From: Marsupella aquatica
Taxonomy: Eukaryota; Plantae; Marchantiophyta
DNA length: 64,000 bases
Direction of reading: 5' to 3'
NCBI GenBank assembly: GCA_973895155.1
Contig: OZ316894.1
Span: 2,682,457-2,746,456 of the forward strand
Shown: piece by piece, positions 1 through 12,535 of the stretch
How the letters are laid out: every line of letters begins with the position of its first letter
Position numbering within the stretch: the stretch's first letter is position 1
Notes under the pieces: model-generated
The model's input: the letters and a program-made list of their open reading frames with translations, nothing else
Database searches by the model: none
What the model was told of the DNA's origin: nothing
Position numbers and translations under genes: made by a program

Positions 1-304
1 ATATTTGAGACTCCCTAGATTATAATAACACACTCTAGACTATAGTACACTGGAGCCTCCCAATGGATGCTCATCAGCCGTCGTGGGCAACTGCTACACC
101 CTGAGGCCTGAGCTGGTTGGCTTGTAACGCCGTCCCTCCGCCCTCTACGGTCCGACCCTACCGTAGGGAAACCCCCTGAAGGTTCCGTCGCTACGGAAGG
201 GGAAACTCCTGAGGGGTTCCCGTCTCTACTCCCTACCGTAGTCCGTGCTGACGGGAAATTGCTAAAAAGGGTCCATCACGCCCCCCGCCCCCCCCCCCGC
301 CCCC

Positions 305-332
305 CTCTCTCTCTCGCGCTCTCTCTCTCTCT
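305..332. repeat. (CT)n microsatellite following a C-rich tract
   Basis: ctctctctctcgcgctctctctctctct read directly. Confidence 0.8.
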
Positions 333-838
333 AGTTCGAAAGAAAGAAGAAGGTCGAGATCGCTTTGGAGAAAAATGTTCTCGAGGCGGAAAAGGGCGGA
401 AAAGAGCGGAAAAGAGCGGAGAAATCACTGTTGCGAGTACTTTTGCGAATCTTGAGAGAGGACTGACGACGATCTGACGATGAGAGGAGGGGAAGGGAAA
501 GGAAAGGAGTAGAGGGTACTGAGAAAGAGAGTCGGGACACAATTTGTGAATAGGAAAAGCAGAGAGTTACGTTGATGTACAAGGGAGAGCGAGAGCTCGA
601 GAGACGACGAGAACGGAATTCTAAAAAAGAGTGCGAAAAGGAGAAGCAGAGGTGGAGGAGGAGGAGGAGGAGCGGCACGTGCAAGGAGAGCCAGAAGGAA
701 AGAAGAGGAGGAGAGGAAGGGGCGGAAGAGAAGGAACAGGTGTGGTGCGTGCGCTCAATATAGAGGTTGGAGAGGAAAGGAGGAAGGGAGGCAAGGAGGG
801 AGGGACGAAGGAAGGAAGAAAAAAGGTTTGAAGGAATT

Positions 839-839
839 G

Positions 840-867
<28 letters not shown>
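839..867. repeat. (GA)n microsatellite in the purine-rich upstream/5'UTR region of the DIS3L2 gene
   Basis: Uninterrupted gagaga run. Confidence 0.9.
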
Positions 868-870
<3 letters not shown>

Positions 871-1231
871 GCGGGATTTGGATTGATTGGATGGTATTGA
901 TTCCGTGGGGCTGGGACCTTTCGAAGTGTGGAGGAGGAGAATTAGGAGTAGCGGTACTTTAGTGGACATTGTTTCGTTAGCAGTTGTGCGTGTGGATTCA
1001 TCGGTGAACTGTTGATTGGATAACAGGAGGGAAAGAGGAGTCAGGAGAGGATCGGGACTGTCTATGATGCCTCAGTCATCAGGAGCAGAGGGAAGGTTTG
1101 TGAAACTGGAGGTTGAGCAGGTGTGTTCAGTGGAGTGCGCGCGTTGTTTCATTGACGGCGAAACGAGAGAGAGAGTCCGGTGGAAGTAGAAGAGGAGAAG
1201 GAGGGGGACAGGGAGAGGGAGACCAAGAAGA

Positions 1232-4200
1232 ATGAGGCCGGACAGGAAGAAGGAGAAGATGGTGGGACAGAACGCAGTGCCTCCTTCGGCAGGGATGATG
1301 AATGTTGTGAGTAGTAACGGGATTGGAATGTCTACGTCGTCGGGCACGGTAGCGGGAGGGGGTTCTTCCTCCTTCCGTGCTGCTGCTGGTGCGGGCAAGC
1401 AAGAGAAGCCCTCCTATAATGCATGCCCGCCTCCTCCCAATTTGTACGGGCCCCCCTCTGCTGCTGCTCCACCACCTCCGCCCCCGGTGGCCGAGAAGGT
1501 CACCAAGGGTGGTGGTGCTGGTGCTCCTCCTTGCGCATCGTCATCCGGGAACACGAGCGACGGAGAGAAGAAGGGCAGAAAACGCCCCGGGCGCAAATCT
1601 AGACAAGTCGTCGATCCAACTTGCTTACTGAACGGTTATGGCGATTCCGCTTTACCATCTGGTACAGTAATACAAAATTTGCCCCTTGTCCACGAATTCA
1701 TCTCTTTCTTCACTGCTTGTATATGCTACAACCCGGTGTAGCTGGCAGGAAAGTCTCTTCCAAGGCGGTAGGACCGTTGAATCGTGAACTGACTGTGACT
1801 GTTTGTTGGCTGAATTAGGGTTGCTGGTTTTCACGTATGACTTGTAACAGTGTGCCAGATAGTTGGTCTATGCCTCTGGCCTTCTTTGCACTTGTCTCCA
1901 TAAGCCCAGACGCATTGTTTGTCAGTTTTTGACCTTCCTCGTTTTCTTCTTCGATTAGCTTGTATTATCATCTAGACATGCTATTCTTCATATGTATTTC
2001 TGCATTAGACATGCTTCTATTTGCAGTCAGTTTCTCTGTATTTGAGGTTTTTCTGTATGGAACGGTAATCTACGCGATAGTGGAATGCTTCACTTCTGCA
2101 GTGAGCTTCCTGGTTTTAGCTGAAAGCTTATCGGCATACATCGAATCTATGTACTGGTAGCACCGGTCGCAAGCCTGGTGCGTTGGTGCACCACTGGGTT
2201 CTCTTTCGAACAGCTCTCCCACAGCGCGCGCTCTGTTCATCCTCCCAGGCCTTGCCTAGTTTCCTACATTGATGTCCGGGTGAATACCATGCCTCTTCGT
2301 CAATTGCTCTACAGATTGAAGAGCTCACAGTTGGTTTCTTTAATTGTTGTTGCGCAGGCAAAACCGAAGGAACTGGTACCGTTGGACAACTCTCACAAGA
2401 AATTAAGAAGCAAGCGAATGGGTCGTCTCATCTTCCAAGCCCAAGCCCAAGTTCTATGCCCAACCCTAGTTTTAAAATTAAGCCAGTCCATGAGTCTTCG
2501 CCAGATTCTGTAGTAGTTGTGAAGTCGTCAGGTAGATCAGAAACTAGGAATGTAGATCTAAGCATTGCTGAGCAGATTCAGGGCAAGCCCACTGCTCAAT
2601 TAGAGCAGTCGTATAGCTCGTCATTCAAGTCATCCACTTTGATGGCTTCTCTTACCTTAGATGCGTCGTGTACAGTAGAGTCCGGAACCGGACAAAAGAC
2701 CAAGACGAAGGACACACTTCCAGTAGGAATTCCCAAGTTGAAATCAAAAGATGCAAACAAAAGTTCGAAGTCCAATGCGGGACCTGGCCCAAAGCGTTCA
2801 GGTTCGTTAGGTGTAGATCCTAAACAATCGTCTCAGAAAGGCTGGAGGATGTGTAATCCAGCAGGGACCACTTCCTCGTATAGTACCGGAAGTATTGATG
2901 TTCCAGATAGTACTGGAATTGCCTGTTCTCCAGGGGACGGAGTGGAAGCCTTTCTTCCTATAGGGAGGTCTTCAGAAGGGTGTTTTTCGCATCCTAGTTC
3001 GTGGCCAGAGTCTAGTAATCTGGCCGCACCCGCTATTTATGTGACTGGACCTCCCGACAAAATTTCAAATGGAGGAAACTCGCACGCGCAGAACTCATCT
3101 CGGTCAAGTCACTTCAATGAGCACCTGTCACCTGAAGCTACTGCCCAATGCCTTGAGGTGAGAATCTGACAACAGGACTTCCTGATAATTACGACCAAAA
3201 ACATCTCAGCTTTAAGCTCTCTTCTTTGCACTCAGAGAGTAGTGCTCCTGGCTTGGAAAGCTGTTTTATGTGCAATATTGGTGGCGTGAATGGTATTGTA
3301 ATTGCATCTTTTAGATTGATTTAGTCGTGCGTTTTACAGGATGGAACAGCTTTCAGGGGAGTCATGCGAGTGAATCCACATTATCGAAGCGAGGTACAGA
3401 GCCTTCACTCTAAACTTGGCCGGGAGCCCTAGCAGGACAGGATTTTGTGCTGAATGGTTATTACCTTTTTAGGCTTTTTGTATGGTGCATGCAAGGGATT
3501 GTAGCTTTGATAAAGGTCTTCGATTTTGTTGCGGTAAAAATTGTAGCTTGTGCATTCTTAATTATTGACATTTTGTCGCAGGCATATGTTACACTCGAGG
3601 GAGTGCCAACCGATATTCTTATTGATGGTCTAGTCTCTCAGAATCGTGCGGTATGTCTCCCTACTTTTTCGTTTTTTCTTATGCAATTAATACTTCTTTT
3701 CCTCAGAGGTTTTCCACTCTGTGTTGTTTGATTCAAAAGCGTTGAAGAATTGAATGCGTTTTTCTTGCATTGCAGATGGAGGGTGATGTAGTCGTTGTGC
3801 AGCTGAATTCGACGTCACATTGGCCTCGGTTGAAAGGGACAAATAACAAGCAGGGCAGCAGCTCAGTGGTCGAGGACTCGACCATCAGATCGCCAAATTC
3901 TGTAGATAACGATGCAGTGTGTGATAGTACGCTAGACCATGACGTAGTTGGTCTTTCGGAGTATTCCTCAGTTTCGAATTGGGACTCGGAGGATACTCTT
4001 GATGGGCAGGCAGTGTTGAGTTCTCTTGGTTCCTCTTTGGGTGAGTGCCAGCCTCGACCTCCTGACGGCGGAGGCTGGGATGACCCCATACCAATCCATG
4101 TTCCTTCCGAGGGTTGTGTCCGTGAGAAACTAAATGGTAATTCAATGGCCGGTTCGTTGAAAGATCTAGTAAGTGCACAAGAGATCGCTGGAAATGGTAT

Positions 4201-7200
4201 TTTAGAAAGTGACAAAACCCCCAGTGAGCAGTCTCTCGCGAAGGTTGCAGCGTTGGTTGCATCTATGCCTGGCAAGCGACCAACCGGCAGGGTTGTCGCA
4301 ATCGTTGGCAAGTCATCTCGTCGAGAAGCAGTCATAGGATTCCTGGAAGTGCAAGGAAATAGCTGCGGAGGGAAGGGCCACAGCAGCGGCGCTGACTTCT
4401 CCCCCCAAAAGTCAGGCAAAAGACAGGGCAGCAGGTTTGGAGGGATAGTGACGTTTGTTCCAATTGATAGCCGATTTTCGAAAATGGTGGTCTTTGGGAA
4501 TGGCATTCCAGAGCAACTGAGTAAGCGGATAAAGGATGGTGACCATACAGTTAGTAACGAATTGGTCGTTGCCCAGGTCGAAGGGTGGAAAGCTGACAGT
4601 GCTCTACCTCGTGCCACGGTGAAGCAGACACTCGGTCCGGGAGGTACCATTGAAGCTCAAACAGAAGCTATCCTCTGTGAAAATGCAATTCATGGATTAG
4701 AGTTCCCAGAGCCTGCGTTGGCCTGTCTACCTAAAGTCCCATGGAAGATCCCCGAGCAAGAGGTGAAGAAAAGAAGGGACTTCAGAGGACTGCGAATCTT
4801 CACTATTGACCCACCAACGGCGAAGGATTTGGACGATGCTTTGTCAGTTGAGCAGTTGGGTGATGAAAATGTCCGCATTGGAGTGCACATCGCCGACGTT
4901 TCATTTTTTGTGCAACCGGACACGGCCCTGGACAAAGAAGCTCAAAACCGGTCAACTAGTGTCTACCTTATTCAGAAAGTGCTGCCCATGTTGCCCCCGC
5001 TTTTGTGCGAGGAGCTGTGTTCTCTCAACCCTGGAGTAGATCGATTGGCCTTCTCAGTGATGTGGGTTATGGACCCAGAAGGGAACATTTTGGATCAGTG
5101 GATTGGTAGATCGATCATATGCTCCTGTGCCAAGCTGACTTATGGACATGCACAAAGCATGATCAGCGAAAAAAGTTCGGAAATGAACGAAGAGCAGTGG
5201 CAGGTGGAGCTAAGTAATGGAGCTAGCGTAGCCCCCCTTCATGGAGAGCACAGCTGGCAGGAAGTTGTGGCTGACGTTCGGAAACTGCATGAAGTTGCAA
5301 AAAGGAGAAGAGAGGCGCGCTTTGATGGTGGGGCACTGAAGCTAGAGAACTCGAAACTAGTGTTTTCTCTAGATGAAGATGGTGAACCTTATGATAGTAC
5401 AATGTACCAGCACCAGGACTCGAATTTTTTGGTTGAAGAGTTCATGCTGTTGGCGAACATGACAGTTGCCAGAGTCATTTCCAGCGCGTTTCCCGAGCGA
5501 TCTTTGCTTCGGAGGCACCCTGAACCAAATATGCGGAAACTGAAAGAGTTTGAGGAATTTTGCACCAAGAATGGATTTGAGCTTGATACATGCTCTTCGG
5601 GAGCACTTCATCTCTCTCTGGAGAAGATGCGGGAGAAATTTCAAGACGATCCTGTTATGTTCAACATTCTGATGTTGTATGCAACCAAACCGATGCAGCT
5701 TGCGAAGTATTTTTGTACGGGGGATCTGAAAGGTCAAGAGGACGATTGGGGCCATTACGCTCTTGCAGTTCCTCTATATACACATTTTACTTCCCCCATT
5801 CGCAGATATCCAGACCTTGTTGTTCATCGAACAGTGGCTGCAGCTCTGGAAGCTGAAAATTTCATTACCAATGATAAGAGAAGTGGTCAATTTGAATGTG
5901 GTACATCATTGCAATGCTTCAGTAGATCAACCGTAGGGAAAGGCGTAAGTGACATTGTTGCAGTACAGAAAGCGCTTGTGGAAGCGGCAGTAAGACACAA
6001 GATCCCACAACTTTCTGAGCTTTCGTTGGTGGCTGCCCATTGTAACGAGAGGAGACTTGCCAGTCGCAATGTCAAAGAAGCGAGTGATAAGTTGTATCTA
6101 TGGTCCTTGCTGAAAAAGAAGCAGGTGAGTTGTAACCTAGACCTAAAGAGCATTCTATTTTGTGCCTGTGAGGTGAGGTAGCCAGTAATTTCTAGGAAGG
6201 TGAGTTGTGACCTAGCCCTGAAAGAGCATTCTATTTTGTGCCTGTGAGGTGAGGTAGCCAGTAATTTCTAGGGATCATGGTCTGCCTTTCATTTTGAGCG
6301 AATCGTCAAGAGGATATACAGTTTGTTCACGGTGATGTTCTTTTAAGATGCTACAGAAACTCATCAGCAGGTTGTTATTTCGTGCAGGGTATGCTTTCAA
6401 GTGCACGGGTGCTGGCTTTGGGCCCAAAGTTTATGTCTCTGTATGTTTGCAAAATCGCGGTATGTGCAATTTCACAAACTCCTTCACTTGTACATTGGGT
6501 CCCCAAGGGCGGGATCAATGCGGGCCTCATAGAAATGTTTTATGTGGATATGGTGTAGAAAGGATCTGTGGAGATAGTTTCATGATTTACTTCATCAGGA
6601 ATTCTTGTTCAACCGAGAAATATTTGTTTAGGATATCCCGGGTTCATTAGGAGCCTCAATGGGTTTTGCTACATCAATTTGTTGTCTCCGACTCATTTAC
6701 CATTTTCTTAGCTGCAGTGGCAGTGAGAAAATCGGCGTAGCGAACGGACCTTACTTGTATTGGATAAAATCATATTTTTCAACAATCTACCGTTGACACT
6801 TTACTTATGATACTTGTGGTTTTTCAACAGATGGAACGTCGCATATATTATGATGAAATAGAGGGGCTGAATGCAGAGTGGTTTGAAGCTACAGGAACTT
6901 TAGTACTGAGCATTTCTTCTGAAAAGCCCACTCATAACAAGAAATACGGTCAGACAAGAGGAAAGCCTAAGAGAACTGTTGCTGATGTAGCTCTTCTGGT
7001 AAATCCAACAGATTCTCTTGCTTCAAATACAAAGGAAGAGACTTACGAAGATTTGATCCGGGAAGTGGAGGCTCGGCTTGCGGGGAAGATCATCTCAGAC
7101 GATGAAGGTATCTTAGGAGATAAAGGTAGTGGAAGTGATGTGGAGGTTGAGCCAGCTGTGCTGCCATTAACTCTGCGGTGGTTCTCGTCAGTGCCAGTAT

Positions 7201-7277
7201 CAATACATGCAATTGGAGGAGAAAATCGACCATTGGATATCGCTGTGCGGCTATATGTGAGCTCGTATGCAACCTGA
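1232..7277 (+). CDS. DIS3L2: DIS3-like exonuclease 2 (RNase II/RNB family, SOV-like). Predicted exons 1232-1661, 2358-3157, 3340-3393, 3582-3650, 3776-6124, 6388-6459, 6831-7277
   Basis: RNB motifs TIDPPTAKDLDDALS, GVHIADVS, LVEEFMLLAN and YTHFTSPIRRYPD; CSD segments FRGVMRVNPH / AYVTLEGVPTDILIDG / QNRAMEGDVV. GT-AG junctions keep the frame. The N-terminal exons are less certain. Confidence 0.93.
6123..6272 (+). repeat. ~75-bp tandem duplication that includes the 5' splice donor of the intron after the large DIS3L2 exon
   Basis: AGGTGAGTTGT.ACCTAG.CCT..AAGAGCATTCTATTTTGTGCCTGTGAGGTGAGGTAGCCAGTAATTTCTAGG occurs twice, at ~6123 and ~6198. Confidence 0.9.
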
Positions 7278-9955
7278 GCAAGCTGGAAGGAATAAGTACT
7301 TTGTCATCTACCTCCCATCATCCATCACTTGGGTGGTGCGCTGTTGATAATTGACTTCCATCCCTTCCTTTCCTTTCTCCGTTTGCATATAGGCCAGGAT
7401 CTTGTCGCTTCCCTGTTGTCTCCCAATTGGTGCTCGCCTATCAAAGCATCACTGATTCAGGGGTAGTGAGTAATATGGTGGATTCCTTCTCCTTAGGCAA
7501 GTGGGATGCGGCCTTCTGGGTTACTACTTCTTTACTATCCTTTCTCATCATTATTTATGAGTCAGGATCTTCTAGTTGTTCTGGTGTTAAGCTCTCGTCG
7601 CTATCTATCAGAATCAGTGGTGCAGGGACCGTTAGTAATATGGTGGAACCTTTTCCTTCGTTATGCTTTTTCTGCTGCCATACCATTCCCGTGAGTATTC
7701 TTCTGAATACGATTCGAATCTACTTTTCCCTATCTTTAGGGCAACGGTTCTCATCCGGACCCTCTTCCAGTTTCCATATCTTGTCTTGTTCCCTGATCTC
7801 AGTGACTATCAGTCATCCAGACCCTCTTCCAGCTGTTTTATGATCGTTCCCTGATTCCAGTGACTATTTATCAGCGTCCTCTGGAGTTCAAGGACATGTC
7901 ATGCACAACCGACGTCAAAGCCCTGGTTATGTAAGGGTGATGCAAGTTTCACACATGGGCACTCTTGTCTATTTTTCTCTAGGTATTTCCATTCGTGCTC
8001 TATTTTGCGTGCAGCACAAGTTGGTGGAAGTCCCTTAGAGTGACCCTTTCCGTCTGTTTCTGTTTATAGAAGGTGAGGTACCTTTGTGGTACTGGTCCCC
8101 TTTGCCGCCTTCACGTAGCCATTTACTAAGGTGCTACTGTTGGCCATACTGATTCATGACTTCGTGTCTGGATCCCACGAACAGACCAGGGCTCGAGTTT
8201 GCCATCGTCTTTCTATGCTATTCGACAAAAGGAGTTAGAGGCTCAGTTGCGATTCCCCAATTCCAGATGCAGCCACTAAGGCAAGTAATGGATGCACTGC
8301 GCATTTCGGATCATCTGTCGTTCAGTTTCCCTATGTTGAATAGCAGCTGCTGGGCCTGTTCACATTGGAGCGGGGAGGAAGCATTTGGCATCCTGTGAAT
8401 ATGCTATGTACACCCCGAGTCGGTCCTCTTTTTTTTTGTGGCCACTCAGTTGGTGTAGGTTTGTGTTAACCTGTCAAGACCTGCAAGATTACAGTAAAAG
8501 ATGTGGGCGACAGTGAGGAGGAGGTCCAGATTGTGGGAAGAAGGTGTGATTGGTTCTGTAGGAGGAGACGAAGAAATTCTCTCAACGTTTGGGTGTGCAA
8601 AATCATACGCGATCAATAAAATGTCTCGCAGGACTACTTCATGTCACATGACTCGAAGCTACTTACAATCATCTCAATATTGTGATAGTTGGATGTACTA
8701 GAGTGTAAGTTGAGCCATCTCATTAATCTACAAGTTTTGTAACTTGGGTGGGCATGGCACGGTAGTTTCTTGTCGTCTGTGTCTAGTCTTGGTTTCATGT
8801 ACTGGGTGTGGACCATAACGAGGGGAAACTTGGAGGGTTATGGAATTCAGCCCTTTTGCTCTGGGCAGGCGACAATTTGACAGGGTCATGCTTTTCGGCT
8901 TAAGGGCATTGAATCAAACGAAGCTTTACGGATAACATATTAAAGGAAGATGTAAAGAAAGCTCACGACGATGCATTGATGAGTAACAACCGATGATATT
9001 TTTAGTACTGTCATGAAACCTTTTAGCTTCGTTTTCCTTCGGGAAGGTTGGTACGGTTATGAATTGAGGTGTAAGTTTGATTAATTTCGCTTCGTTATTA
9101 GTTCCTTCTCAGAATGTAAAAAAAATTCCGTCAGACCATGTGAAAGTTTTTTGCCGCTTGTAGTGGACCTCGAGATATAATAGTGGCTGTTTAGGATCTT
9201 TGATGGCCTGGTTTGGTAGCTCAAAGCTAGAAACAGGAACTATTTTATGCCACCGTTTCCGGTACTCCAAGTATTATTCATAGTATGGGCACCAAATCGG
9301 TGTTACTAACACTTGCTCCCAAATATAAGTTGTCACAGGTAACAAATCGATTGCTGAAAGAACTGTTCTTATTGTGGTCATGATTGCAATTTGTCATAGA
9401 GCCAAACCTCAGAAATATGCTTGGTTGGAGCCTTTGGGAAAAACGGTTGCACCTGGTAGGTGGGCAGACTATTAGCTTGATGGGCATCTCCAAGCCGGGC
9501 AGTGAGCAGCGTTCTAGCAGCAAGAGCACATTAAAAATGCTAAACATTGGAATTGTTTGGAAGGCAGAGTGTGCCCAACGGGTTCCCTGTTGTCGTTTTC
9601 TTTTTGGTCAGTGTTTCCGTCGGGCACTAAGAGCACAATCATGTCAAATACTGATCTTGCTTGGAAATCAGAACCATTGACATGTGTTCAAAGTGGTGTA
9701 AGTTAAAGTGCCCAACAGGTTCCCGTACTATACCTTGTGAGTATGTGCCCACCATCATTCTTGCAGCATGCAAAGTCCTTGATTTTGTTGGAGGTTTTTC
9801 GAGCCAATGTGATCAACTTCAGCTTTTGTCCCGTTTCCTCCTGTGCTCACCATCAAAGTCGTCCTTGGTTACCTGCTGTTACAAACTAAGGAAGAATGTG
9901 TTTATTTACCACCAGCTTCTTCCTTGAGAACCTAAGCTAAAACAGAACGTAGACT

Positions 9956-10699
9956 TGTTAGGGTTGTGGACCTCATGAGGAGTTCTAACCTCCATCCAAA
10001 ACAGGACTTTGCTAGAGAGAGCTTGGTTGCACCTTCCTGTACGGCAAAGGTGGGGGACAATTTAGAGGATAGACCTCATCCTCACATCCCAGTAGGAATT
10101 TTGCAAAGCTGGTACTCTTTGGAGCACTAGCACGAGCAAATACTCCATCATGTTGCTACACGGCAATGGCTTAGTAGGAATTTACAACACTTGGCAGAGA
10201 GAGAACACCAAATGGCCATTGGCAAAAGTGCCCTTGTCTTAGTTGAGAATGGGAGGCCAAGCTTTTAATGCAGCGAGGGTTACATATCTAGACCTGGTGG
10301 GGTGAGCAATCACAAAAGTTCCCAAGGGGAGAACATAGGCACTTACAAAGGATGAAGTAGGACACTATGAATTGAATGAAGGACCTCATAAGAGGGAAAT
10401 ATGAGATGTAATCTCTTAAGGACTTACTCTGACAAGTAATGGGGTTATCAGGTTGATTTACGTGGTAGTAGGTTATGTGGCCTTCAATGTGAGTTTAATA
10501 ACTTTCTGTGTTAGTGATCTGCTAGCTTAGGAGGTCATAGAGCTTGCTCGGGACCTGTGTGCACAGGTTACCACATGTTTTAGGATGAGTCAGCATCTTC
10601 ACTTCTCAGTGGGCAGTTGGATACTGGGAAGAGGCCAGAGGAAGGTCCCATGGATGAACCTTGGGATAGGGGCCAGGATAGACCCTAAGAATTCCAACA
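9956..10699. mobile_element. Candidate old solo LTR (~740 bp)
   Basis: TGTTAG...CCAACA termini, no ORFs, LTR-like composition; no clean 5-bp TSD. Confidence 0.35.
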
Positions 10700-11576
10700 C
10701 TTGTTGTGTGTTGGCTCTTTTCATACAATCTACTTAACAAAGAGTGAGATATTTTTTGATATCAGCAACTATTTTGCTGTTTGCTGACACAATTAACTAT
10801 CCAATATTATAGCCCGGAGTATAGATGTGCAAGACAAGATACTTCAATTCTTGCCTCTCAATATCCCATAGCTAATCTGTGAATCTCAAGGCATCAAAGA
10901 TATAATTGAAGATTGGACATCAACTGGCCTTTCCTAGAACGCTATCTCCTGTTTCATCCCTATCTAAACTTCTCAAAAGAAACTCAAGCTAATAACTGTC
11001 CTGACACATAATTACTGTTGTAGCCATAGTATATTGAAGCAGCAGAGCGTCTCAACAAACAGTACAGAGAATAGGATATCCTTTGTGCCTCCTAAACCCA
11101 TTGTGAAGCTGGAGAGCTACCCAAGCGGAAAAAAAGAAACAAAATTTGATGCGCTCAATAAGCCTGGAAAACAGGGAAATGTACTCTCAGAAAAGCCAGC
11201 AAAAACTCCCATGTGACAACATTCAAGTTGTAACTCCCCCCTCCCGCCCCAAATTGCTGGTGAAACGCAACAATCATGAAGTTTAAGTGTAAACAACCCA
11301 CAAAACATGTGTAACAAAATTGGCAGTAGTTGAGAGTGAAGAAACCAAATAACCATCATAAAAATGTCCAACTCAATTGACAGATGTTAAGTATATACAA
11401 TTTGGAAAACCCATCTCAATTTGTAACAGTACAAAAAAAGTCCTGATGGAAAGACAGTGACATTGCGGAATCCTAATGGCATGTATGCGCACAAAAAGCA
11501 GGGGCACCTGAAAAAGAGATCATAAAAAACTACCCCCTCCTTCCCCTCTTTTCTTTGTAGTTGTGGACTTCCCACA

Positions 11577-11920
11577 TGTTGAGCATAGACGACATTCGTA
11601 ACAGCAAGCCCGTGAACCATCCAACGCACAATAGTCGACATAGAGAGATACGTGGTTCACCTCCACATGAGGCTACGTCCACGGGAACACACAAGAGCTT
11701 TACTGCACTCTAGGCCGACCGGCCATACCAAGCATCCACAGCACAAGCTCTCCCTATCTCTCGACTAGCTCCGTAACAATGAGCCTAAGTTCCACCAAGG
11801 TCTGGCATCAGCCCTGGCTATATGCACAACAGCACTACCGCTAACATTAGCTAAGTCCTAACCCGAGTTAGACTAACTGTGGTTAGCTCATGAGTCACAA
11901 GACTAGAGCAATATCTAACA
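11577..11920 (-). repeat. Copia-1 3' LTR, with adjacent PPT (AGGGGGAGTT on -, 11921-11930)
   Basis: Direct repeat of 27143-27486, about 13 substitutions by manual count. Confidence 0.95.
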
Positions 11921-12535
11921 AACTCCCCCTTGACTCTTGTCTTGGGGACTAGACTAAATGCTACCATATGGATTCCTCAGCGGGAAGTTCTAGACAATCA
12001 CCAAACTAGGTCTCCCCCTAAAAACCACAAGGGTTAACTAAGGGTTAACTAGAACTAAGCCGTAGCCTAACAGGAATGAGTAATCCATATACAAATAGTC
12101 ACACATTGCTAAATAACTCTACTTGCTACTACATTAATCCCAGCTGACAACCATCGTCTATTCCAGCCTCCTCCCGATCAGGGTCTTTCCAGAAGACATC
12201 TAGCTGCAAAGATCCATGACTATTCCCGCTAGTTCACCTAATACCACAAAATCAGACGGAAAACAAAACATTCATGCAACCACAGCCCGAAAAGAATCCA
12301 CACCCAAGAACCCTTAGAAAATTGGGAAGCGCCCGGCGCTAGCCAATATTGCACCTAAGAACACGTCTTCACAACTCAAACTTCAAGAAGCTGAAATAAA
12401 AATATAATAGTGACAGTATGTTTGAGGAGCGCCTGGTGCTAGTAAAAGTTGAAAGGGCTTAAAATCAGCCAATTCATCGAAATGGTTACATATTGAAACA
12501 TTAAATAACGTATTTGAAGAAAACCCCATTTCTAC

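Noticed and set aside
259-1402. Several 60-212 aa ORFs upstream of DIS3L2
   Set aside because: Low-complexity translations of GA/CT-rich UTR and microsatellite sequence; no domain motifs.
3733-4650. 305-aa minus-strand ORF
   Set aside because: Antisense shadow of the large DIS3L2 exon.
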